Source: a virus (lineage: Duplodnaviria; Caudoviricetes). From it: a DNA stretch of 44,825 nucleotides. Below the pieces are notes generated by a model, which saw only the letters and a list, made by a program, of their open reading frames with translations, did no database searches and was not told the origin of the DNA. Numbering within the stretch: the stretch's first letter is position 1; every line of letters starts with the position of its first letter. This document shows positions 26,618 through 33,524 of this stretch, one piece after another. The stretch is taken from the IMG/VR virus record IMGVR_UViG_3300021066_000050, positions 1 through 44,825 of that record; one strand, 5' to 3'. The position numbers were made by a program, and so were the translations under genes.

Positions 26618-27507
26618 CGGGCCACCGCCTGAGCGTGGGTGGCGACCGGTGCCAGCAGGTGCGGCCCGTTGTTCGCCCGCAGCTCGCCGCACAGGTCGTC
26701 CCAGGTGGACGGGCCGTCCGGGTCGCCGCACATCTGGTCGGCGTTGAACCACCGCTGCTCGTCCCAGGCGTTGGCGTCGCTGCGGAAGTAGACGGCGTAG
26801 GGCTCGTGGTTGGGGTCGTACCAGACGACGAAGGTGTTGTTGCCGGGTTCGGCCTGGAGGGCGGCGGCCCGGGCGGGGGTGGCCGACTGCTGGCGGGCGG
26901 CCAGCTCGGCGCGGATGGCGTCGCGGTCGGCGCGAGCGAAGTCGCGGTCCTTGCGGAGGTCGGCCACCTCGGCGGTCAGCTCGGCGATCCGGTTCCGGCT
27001 CCACTCGCCGGTGCCGGTCGGGGCCAGCTCGTCGTGGTGCCGGGCGGCGAGCACCGCGAGCACGGCCCGGGACTCGGCCAGCTCGGGGTTGCCGAGGACC
27101 CGGACGACCCACTCGACGATCGCCGTGTCGCGGCTGTCGTCGTCCGGGTACATGGCCAGCTCGTGCTGCTCAAAGTCGCGGTAGGCGTCGGCGATGCGGG
27201 CGCACCAGGTGTGCAGGTTGATGTCCCTGCCGCCGGCCGGGGCGGCGGTGGGCTGCTGGGCGCGGAGCCGCTCCACCTCGGCGAGCAGCGCGGGCACGGC
27301 GGTCCGGGCGGCGGCGATGAACTCGGCGAGCTGCTCGCCGTAGTCCGGGACGGTGGCGACGCGGCCGGCCTTCGGGTTGTCGGTGGGGTAGCCGACCTTC
27401 CAGCGGCCGTCGTCGTCGAGCTGGACGTACCAGGGGCCGTCGTAGACGGCGGGGATGGTGCGGCGGATGGCGTCGAGGTCCAGGGCGGTCGTGTCGGTGG
27501 TCGTCAT
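26614..27507 (-). CDS. Ead/Ea22-like multi-domain early protein
   Basis: LDLDAIR..GPW..AEFIAAARTAVPALLAEVERLR. Confidence 0.7.
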   Translation of the reverse strand: MTTTDTTALDLDAIRRTIPAVYDGPWYVQLDDDGRWKVGYPTDNPKAGRVATVPDYGEQLAEFIAAARTAVPALLAEVERLRAQQPTAAPAGGRDINLHTWCARIADAYRDFEQHELAMYPDDDSRDTAIVEWVVRVLGNPELAESRAVLAVLAARHHDELAPTGTGEWSRNRIAELTAEVADLRKDRDFARADRDAIRAELAARQQSATPARAAALQAEPGNNTFVVWYDPNHEPYAVYFRSDANAWDEQRWFNADQMCGDPDGPSTWDDLCGELRANNGPHLLAPVATHAQAVAR

Positions 27508-27836
27508 CGGGGCATCTCCCGGTCAGTCGTGGGTAGGGCGGCGATGTCGGCGGCCGTGGACCACCACGCGGGGTCCAGGGCCTCAGGGGTGGGGACCGCT
27601 CGCGCGGTGACGGCGCGGCGTAGCGCGTGCAGCTCGGCGCGGGCGGTGGCCAGATCGGCACGCAGCCCCCGCTCGGTGTGGTGGGCGTCGCGCAAGTCCT
27701 CGCGGGCGTCGTCGCGCTCCTCGGCCGCGTCGTCGGCGGCGATTCGGTACGCCCAGGCCAGCAGGGCTGCGACACCGAGGGCAATCAGCAACGCCACGGA
27801 CAGCGCGGCCAGGGCGGCGATGAGCAGGGCGGCCAT
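27504..27836 (-). CDS. membrane-anchored coiled-coil protein
   Basis: N-terminal TM followed by a heptad region. Confidence 0.7.
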   Translation of the reverse strand: MAALLIAALAALSVALLIALGVAALLAWAYRIAADDAAEERDDAREDLRDAHHTERGLRADLATARAELHALRRAVTARAVPTPEALDPAWWSTAADIAALPTTDREMPR

Positions 27837-28226
27837 CTACGCCACCGCCCGCAGGTGCCCGGCCGCCGGCGGCCAGCCGTACTGCACCAGCTCGGCCCGC
27901 TCCGCGTCGGTCAGCTCGGCGATGGCCTGCTCCAGCTCGGCGCGCAGCCACAGCACCCGGGCCACCGGGTCCCCGTCGAGGCCGAGCGCCTCCAGGCTGT
28001 AGTCCGGGGCGGCGAGCGGGTCGTGGCCGGTGAGCGCGGGGTCGGAGGCGACCGGGAAGTCGTCGAGGGCCGGGTGCATGGTGTCCTCCGTGCCGAGGGG
28101 GATGAGCTGCGGGGTCGCCGGGAACACGGGCCGGACGTCGGGGCCACCGCGCCGGCCGCCGGCACCGGTGCCGGGCATCGGGGGCAGCGGCGGAACCGGG
28201 GGCAGCTTGGGCGTCGGGTCGGTCAC
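27837..28226 (-). CDS. hypothetical protein
   Basis: GTGA overlap; Pro-rich N-terminus; ends HLRAVA. Confidence 0.55.
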   Translation of the reverse strand: MTDPTPKLPPVPPLPPMPGTGAGGRRGGPDVRPVFPATPQLIPLGTEDTMHPALDDFPVASDPALTGHDPLAAPDYSLEALGLDGDPVARVLWLRAELEQAIAELTDAERAELVQYGWPPAAGHLRAVA

Positions 28227-28804
28227 CGGGTCACCCCGGCCGCGTTGAGGCCGTCCGCCATGTGCTGCGCCTGCGCGTAGCGGGCCCGCGCACCGACCGA
28301 CTCGTCGTCGGGGTCGATCAGCCATGCGTCGATCTCGTAGGCCAGGTCCCGGTAGTGGTACTGCTCGGCGAGCTGCATGCCGTCGCCGTCCGGGTCGTCG
28401 ACGGGCATAGCGGTGTCGCGGACCACCCGGACCGTCATCTCCGCGTCGTCGGGCAGGTCGCGGGCGGCCAGTTCGTAGGTGGGGTAGACGGTGCCGTCGA
28501 GGTCGGCGAGGACGGCCAGCCATGGGCCGCGCAGGGCGTCGGCGATCGGGTCCGGCTGGGCCGGCGTGGGCGTGGGGGTGGGGTCCGCCGTGGCCGAGCC
28601 GGTGACGGTGACGCCCTCCTCGACGTGGTACGTCCCGGTCGCGCCGTCCGCCATCGTCGCGGTGACGTCGTCGCCGTAGCGGATCGTGCCGGTGACCTGG
28701 TCGCGGGTGCCGTCCTCGTAGACGACCGTCATGCCGGCGGACAGGTATCGGGCCTTGATCGTGCGGGTGGCCGGCTCGGCCGGCGGGGTACTCTGCGGGT
28801 GCAT
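28223..28804 (-). CDS. hypothetical protein
   Basis: 193 aa, AAGGAG SD. Confidence 0.75.
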   Translation of the reverse strand: MHPQSTPPAEPATRTIKARYLSAGMTVVYEDGTRDQVTGTIRYGDDVTATMADGATGTYHVEEGVTVTGSATADPTPTPTPAQPDPIADALRGPWLAVLADLDGTVYPTYELAARDLPDDAEMTVRVVRDTAMPVDDPDGDGMQLAEQYHYRDLAYEIDAWLIDPDDESVGARARYAQAQHMADGLNAAGVTR

Positions 28805-28839
28805 CTGGACTCCTTGATCAGGTAGGTGTGTCCGGGTGG

Positions 28840-28867
28840 GCCCTCAGCCGGTGGTGCGGCTGGGGGC
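28840..28867. terminator. hairpin after the Xis-like genes
   Basis: GCCCTCAGCCG-loop-CGGCTGGGGGC. Confidence 0.4.
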
Positions 28868-28875
28868 TGCTTTCG

Positions 28876-29151
28876 TCAGGCGGCGGATCGACGGGACCGG
28901 GAGCGGGCGATCCGATCGGCCGTGGCGGCCATGTCGGCGTCGCGCTTGCTCGCCGTCGCGCTCTTGACCGTGGCTTCCTGGAGCAGGCTCAGAACCTGCT
29001 CGTCGGTGAGGTACCGCTTCTTGCCGATCTTGATGTGGGTGAAGCCCTTCGCGCGGGCTCGCCGCTGGAGGCCGATCAGCGACAGGCGGTACTGCTGGGC
29101 GACCTCCTCCAGCAGGTGCAGCCGGGGCAGGGCGGGCGGGGCGTGGGTCAT
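28876..29151 (-). CDS. Xis/MerR-like winged-helix DNA-binding protein
   Basis: LLEEVAQQYRLS..HIKIGKKRYLT. Confidence 0.7.
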   Translation of the reverse strand: MTHAPPALPRLHLLEEVAQQYRLSLIGLQRRARAKGFTHIKIGKKRYLTDEQVLSLLQEATVKSATASKRDADMAATADRIARSRSRRSAA

Positions 29152-29363
29152 CGCGTCCTCTCTTCCGCGCTGATGACGGTGTGGGCCTCGATGTAGGCGT
29201 GGAGGCTCCGGAGCGGGATGCGGATCGAGCCGTTCGGCCCGTCGCTCTTGATCGCCTCCAGTGCGCCGGCCTCGATGTACCGACCGACCGACCACCGAGA
29301 GACCCGGAGGATGTCCGCGACCTCCTGGACGGTCAGGAAGCGCTCCGTCTCCAGCTCCGTCAC
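29148..29363 (-). CDS. xis: excisionase/Cro-like HTH_17 protein
   Basis: FLTVQEVADILRVSRWSVGRYIEAGAL..SIRIP; first gene of the early operon. Confidence 0.8.
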   Translation of the reverse strand: MTELETERFLTVQEVADILRVSRWSVGRYIEAGALEAIKSDGPNGSIRIPLRSLHAYIEAHTVISAEERTR

Positions 29364-29387
29364 CAGCAACCACCTTGTATCGAGTCG

Positions 29388-29450
29388 TAGCGTGTCCGTG
29401 CGTTTAAAGACGCTAGACGACGAACGCTTACGATGCAAGACGCTACAAGG
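29388..29450 (-). promoter_or_regulatory. early lytic promoter with repeated operator-like motifs
   Basis: TTGCAT-N17-TAGCGT (29438-29410); AAGACGCTA repeats at 29407 and 29437. Confidence 0.6.
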
Positions 29451-29530
29451 ATGGACATGCGGAAAGCGCTGACCTGCGCCATCCCGACCGGGTCTATGTC
29501 CGGATCGTGCAGTCGTGCTACAACATGCAC

Positions 29531-29926
29531 GTGACTCAGGGGCCTGAACGGGGCGTGGCGTACGACTTCTGGTGGCGCGTGCGCACCGAACAGGACGCAC
29601 GCGGGTGGACAGACGACGAGCTACGCGCCCGATCCGGCATCGCCCGCACAACGGTCGACCGGCTCCAGGCCGGCAAGCGGCCACCCACCGCCCGCGTCGT
29701 CAACGCCCTCGCCGGCGCCCTCGACATCGACCTCACCGAGGCGCACCGGCTCGCCGGCCGCACGCCCGCCCCGCCGGCCACCGAGAGCGGCGAAGAAGAC
29801 GATCCTCGGGTGAGCGCCCGCGAGGCGATCCTGCGAGACCGGATCTACACAGACCAGCAGCGCAAGACGATGCTGGAACTGCTCGACATTTTCGACGAGG
29901 CCAACCGCAGCCGCCGTCAGGCCTGA
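29531..29926 (+). CDS. immunity repressor, XRE family (start 29525 or 29531)
   Basis: RGWTDDELRARSGIARTTVDRLQAG..LAGALDI; divergent from xis/cro. Confidence 0.85.
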   Translation: MTQGPERGVAYDFWWRVRTEQDARGWTDDELRARSGIARTTVDRLQAGKRPPTARVVNALAGALDIDLTEAHRLAGRTPAPPATESGEEDDPRVSAREAILRDRIYTDQQRKTMLELLDIFDEANRSRRQA

Positions 29927-31254
29927 CGGCCCGCCTTCCGGGCGTCCGCCACCGCGTCCACGGCGGCGTCGATCGCCTGCGGCATCAGGTCCCCGTAGAT
30001 CTCTGACGTCGTGGCGAGCTGCTGGTGGCCGAGCAGCCGAGAGATGGCCAGCGGCGTCATCCGAGGGTCGGAGAACAGCCAGGCGGCGTACGTGTGCCTC
30101 AGGTCGTGCCACGACGGGGCGCAGTGCAGCACATTCGGGCAGTCGCAGTCCGACACTGCGCCGACCCGGGGTCCGTAGTGTGCGGCGCAGCGGGTGGTGT
30201 TGGTGGCGACTCGGGCGCCGCATGGCTCACCCGCCCACGTCGTGCCGCCGTAGTCCCGGCACCGGCCGGTCGCGCCCTCCAGGCGCTCACCCTCACCGAC
30301 CGGTGGGTGCACGGGGCAGAGTCGGGCACGCAGCAGTGCCGGCTTCCACACCCGGTCGTACATCCGGTCGTAGTCCAACGCCTGGCCGTCGTCATCGCGG
30401 AAGACGAGGGTGTCCGGATGCGCGTCGTTGACGAGCTTGGCGAGGGCGGCGTGCAGGTCGGTGCCGACCGGGACCACCCGCTTGGCGCGGCCCTTCGTCG
30501 TGCCGAGGTACCTCTTCCCGCCGGCCTCCTTCCACGCCCGCCACACCTGGAGTCGAGGCCCCGCGCTGGCCGTCGCGGGGACCAGATGCTTCGCGGCCAG
30601 CGCGGTCACCTCCGACCAACGCATACCGGTCTCGACGATGCAGTCCAGCAACGGATGCCACCGCTTCGGGAACTGTGCGCGCAGCAGCTCGAAGTCGCGG
30701 GGCGTCAGGTAGACGGCATGGTGCTCGCCGGTGTCGTCGTCGGCCCGCTGGTCTCGGACGAAGTCCGTGCCATGGCACGGGTTCACGGCGATGTGCCCGT
30801 GGCGAACGGCAGCGGTCAGCGCGGTGTGCAGCAGCGAGTAGTAGCGCGTCACCGTCTTCTGGCTCATGGTCCCGCGCAGCTCGTTCAGCCAGGTGCCGAT
30901 GGCGACGGGCGTGATCTGCGACAGGGGAGTGTCACCGAAGGCGGGGTATATTCTGTCGCGGAGCTGCTGCTCGTATCGCTCTCGCGTTCCGGGTGAAATT
31001 CGTGTTTTCGACGGCAGCCATTCCTTACACCATTCCCGCAGTGTCGGGGAATTGTCGACAGGGGAATCGGTATCCCCCGTGGGAACGCCCATGTCGGCGT
31101 ACACGCGGTCGGCGGTGATCCGTCCTCGGTGGCCCTCGACGATCGCCTTGGCCTCGTTGGCGTACTCCTCGGCAGGCCACGTGGTGTATCGCTTCTGGCC
31201 GTCGTGCCGCCAGACGACCCGCCAAGAGTCCCCTCGTCGTTCGATGCTCGCCAC
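29917..31254 (-). CDS. int: tyrosine integrase
   Basis: TGMRWSE, TTKG, HDLRH, LGH, TSEIYG motifs; N-terminal arm-binding region. Confidence 0.96.
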   Translation of the reverse strand: MASIERRGDSWRVVWRHDGQKRYTTWPAEEYANEAKAIVEGHRGRITADRVYADMGVPTGDTDSPVDNSPTLREWCKEWLPSKTRISPGTRERYEQQLRDRIYPAFGDTPLSQITPVAIGTWLNELRGTMSQKTVTRYYSLLHTALTAAVRHGHIAVNPCHGTDFVRDQRADDDTGEHHAVYLTPRDFELLRAQFPKRWHPLLDCIVETGMRWSEVTALAAKHLVPATASAGPRLQVWRAWKEAGGKRYLGTTKGRAKRVVPVGTDLHAALAKLVNDAHPDTLVFRDDDGQALDYDRMYDRVWKPALLRARLCPVHPPVGEGERLEGATGRCRDYGGTTWAGEPCGARVATNTTRCAAHYGPRVGAVSDCDCPNVLHCAPSWHDLRHTYAAWLFSDPRMTPLAISRLLGHQQLATTSEIYGDLMPQAIDAAVDAVADARKAGRQA

Positions 31255-31390
31255 GGGGACAGATCATCGTCCCCATGGGGACACGGATCAAGCCTGGAGG
31301 GTCCGATGAAGTCCGTCAGGGTCACGGAACGCACAACATGAAACCGGACAATCTGTATCATGGCAGCTCATGGCAGGGGTAGCCGATCGG

Positions 31391-31433
31391 CTCATAATCC
31401 CTCGGTCACGGGTTCGAGTCCCGTCCGCCCCAC
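31391..31433 (+). other. att core: 3' half of a CAU-anticodon tRNA (Ile2/Met), not a complete tRNA
   Basis: CTCATAA anticodon loop, ACGGG-TTCGAGT-CCCGT T-arm, CCGCCCCACC acceptor strand; no pairing 5' half upstream. Confidence 0.85.
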
Positions 31434-31446
31434 CCTTGTTTACCAG

Positions 31447-31488
31447 GAGCAACGGCCCCCCGGAGTGATCTCCGAGGGGCCGTTGCTC
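31447..31488 (+). terminator. hairpin that would terminate the reconstituted host tRNA in the prophage
   Basis: GAGCAACGGCCCCCCGGAG-TGAT-CTCCGAGGGGCCGTTGCTC. Confidence 0.8.
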
Positions 31489-31519
31489 ACCGTGTGGGGA
31501 CACCCTGGGGACAGCGCCA

Positions 31520-31888
31520 TCAGCGGCCCCGGTCGTCCAGGACTGCCGCGAGCCGGTCGACGGTCTCCCGCACACCGTCGACGTGGCCACGGGACAGCAG
31601 CCCCACCTGGAGTAGCGCCACGCCAGCGAACCCCAGTGCGACCAGCTCAGGGGTGACGTGCGGGGTGATGACGGCGTAGACGAACGTCGCGGCGAGCAGC
31701 AGGACGGCGAGGACGAGAGTGGCGGCAACGGCGGTGGTGCCGAGGCGGTGCATGATGGTCAGCTCCGATCGGTGGTGACGGGGAGGGTGATCGGAGGTCG
31801 GGGCTGCGGACCCGGTCTCCTGCGGGCGGGCGGGGGTGGTCGCGGTCGGGTTGGAGGTACGGGCACACCGTTGGGCGATCATGGTCAT
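31520..31888 (-). CDS. two-TM membrane protein
   Basis: GGAGG SD before ATG 31888; two hydrophobic helices and a charged tail. Confidence 0.6.
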   Translation of the reverse strand: MTMIAQRCARTSNPTATTPARPQETGSAAPTSDHPPRHHRSELTIMHRLGTTAVAATLVLAVLLLAATFVYAVITPHVTPELVALGFAGVALLQVGLLSRGHVDGVRETVDRLAAVLDDRGR

Positions 31889-32160
31889 GGCCAGCACCTC
31901 CACCGCAATGTCGTCGTCCCGCCCTCAGCACACTAGTACGATGCCGCGACGGGGCAACCGCGTAGCGTTCCTTTCCATAGGACAATCGTCATATGGGAGT
32001 GGCATGATCGGCTGCTCGATAGTGCGGCATCGCCGAACAGGTCCGACACATCCGACATGACTACTAGCGGCGTGTAACTGCTGGCGAACGCTGTGTTTCG
32101 TAGCCATTACACAGTCCGGTGAGTCCGGCGGATCGGGACAGCCTGGGCCCGTCGGGCAAG

Positions 32161-32571
32161 TCAGGCAGTTGATAGTTCAACCTGGTCACATCGGTACGGC
32201 CCGCGCAGACGCGCCCCTACCCGGATCTCGACCACCGGCACCACTATGCCCGGATCCACACCCAGCTCGGCGCGCTCCAGATCCGTGGGCATACGGATCA
32301 GGATCCGCGCGCCCCTAGGCACCCGGATCCGCTGCCGCTGCTGCTGCTCCACCACGCGCGTACCGTAACCGCGCTCGGTGACAACTAGGCCCTCCGTGCG
32401 CAGCACCTGCATTGCGCGCCGCACGGTGGGCAGGCTGATCCCGTGCTCCTGGGCGAGGCGACCCTCATAGGGCAGCAGGTTGCCGGGCGGGATCCGGCCG
32501 GACGTGATCTCAGCTCGCAGCAGGTCGGCGAGCTGGTGGTACAGGGCACGTCCCGTGCCGGGCCTGATCAC
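32161..32571 (-). CDS. GntR-family regulator (Kor-like), short C-terminal domain
   Basis: LYHQLADLLRAEITSG..LP.E..LAQEHGISLPTVRRAM..L..EGLV....GYGT. Confidence 0.9.
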   Translation of the reverse strand: MIRPGTGRALYHQLADLLRAEITSGRIPPGNLLPYEGRLAQEHGISLPTVRRAMQVLRTEGLVVTERGYGTRVVEQQQRQRIRVPRGARILIRMPTDLERAELGVDPGIVVPVVEIRVGARLRGPYRCDQVELSTA

Positions 32572-32675
32572 GCCCGGACGCTACGGACGGCCACGCCGCT
32601 AGAGGCATCAGGGCTGATGACCATATGCTCATACCCTGTCCGAGCTGGACAGACGCCCACCTCCCGGAGGCACCG

Positions 32676-32879
32676 ATGGCCGACCGCGAGCACCCCGCCC
32701 CCTGCCCCGGCGCGCACCCGGTGGCCCACGGCCGGCCGCCACTGCCCGACGGCCACACCGTCCCGCACCAGCCGCGGCCACCGCTGCCGGCCCTCACCCG
32801 CCAGCAGTGGGCGGCGGGCTGGGCGTGCGCCGCCGTCGTCCTGGCCCTGCTCGCCGCCGGCATTCTCGGCGTCTGGTGA
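32676..32879 (+). CDS. small single-TM protein
   Basis: GGAGG SD; C-terminal hydrophobic helix. Confidence 0.6.
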   Translation: MADREHPAPCPGAHPVAHGRPPLPDGHTVPHQPRPPLPALTRQQWAAGWACAAVVLALLAAGILGVW

Positions 32880-33049
32880 CTGTCGCTGAGGCCACCGTGC
32901 GGCTGTGGTGGCGGCTGATGATCCGGCACCGGCCCCTCGACGGCGTCTGCCCCGTCTGCCGGGTTCGGCGCTGCGGGGAGCGCACCTACGCCAGGACGGC
33001 GCTGATCGTCACCGGGGCATGGCACTTCGGGCCGCCAGCCGACCTGTGA
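32876..33049 (+). CDS. small H..CxxC..C protein
   Basis: GTGA overlap; RHRPLDGVCPVCRVRRC; followed by a terminator-like hairpin. Confidence 0.55.
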   Translation: MTVAEATVRLWWRLMIRHRPLDGVCPVCRVRRCGERTYARTALIVTGAWHFGPPADL

Positions 33050-33060
33050 GCACAGACGAC

Positions 33061-33091
33061 ACCGCCCCCGACCACGCTGGTCGGGGGCGGT
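33061..33091. terminator. hairpin terminator between convergent genes
   Basis: Perfect 14-bp stem ACCGCCCCCGACCA/TGGTCGGGGGCGGT. Confidence 0.8.
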
Positions 33092-33105
33092 TCTGCGTCA
33101 GGGGG

Positions 33106-33381
33106 CTACTGGCCGGCTTGGCGCACGCGGGCGAACCGGTTCCATACGCGCCGGCCGGTGCGCAGCCGCGAGCCTGAGCCCTTGCAGCGGCGGCACACCC
33201 GCCACACCTTCGAGTCGGCGCGGGCGAATCGTCCGTGGCCGTGGCAGCGGCGGCAGGGGGCGAACGGCCACCACCAGCACGACACGGCATACCCGACGGC
33301 GGCGAGCGTCAGAGCGCCCAGGAGCCAACCCCAGGGCATGGGGTGCTCCGGGGTAGCGGTAGCGGCGAGCAGGTGTCTCAC
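33106..33381 (-). CDS. TM protein with DnaJ-type CxxCxGxG zinc-ribbon repeats
   Basis: WWWPFAPCRRCHGHG..VCRRCKGSG; GGAGG SD. Confidence 0.75.
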   Translation of the reverse strand: MRHLLAATATPEHPMPWGWLLGALTLAAVGYAVSCWWWPFAPCRRCHGHGRFARADSKVWRVCRRCKGSGSRLRTGRRVWNRFARVRQAGQ

Positions 33382-33524
33382 GGGGCCTCCAGGGCTGGTT
33401 TTCGGGGTGCCGAGCGGGGGTCGTGCTACCCGCTACCCGCCAGGGTTTCCGCAGGTCGCGGGCTCCCGGCGGGTAGCGGCGGCCGGTAGCAGCTGTGCTA
33501 CCGGTAGCGCGGCGGGTGCTACCT
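33351..33524. repeat. clt-like locus: nine GGTAGC cores (8-mer SGGTAGCR) plus a 12-bp inverted repeat
   Basis: GGTAGC at 33352, 33358, 33472, 33485, 33503; GCTACC at 33425, 33432, 33497, 33518; lies at the 3' end of traB. Confidence 0.7.

Larger units (their letters stand above)
31254..31513. mobile_element. attP site with arm-type repeats
   Basis: YGGGGACA at 31254, 31276, 31495 and 31506, inverted GTCCCCA at 31269; TCATGGCAG twice (31358, 31368); tRNA-derived core in the middle. Confidence 0.8.

Noticed and set aside
31360-31433. Complete phage-encoded tRNA
   Set aside because: The upstream sequence cannot pair with the acceptor or anticodon 3' strands and has no full D-arm. Only the att core is present.
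33351-33524. CRISPR array or simple tandem repeat
   Set aside because: Units are 6-8 bp, irregularly spaced and in both orientations; there are no spacers or cas genes.
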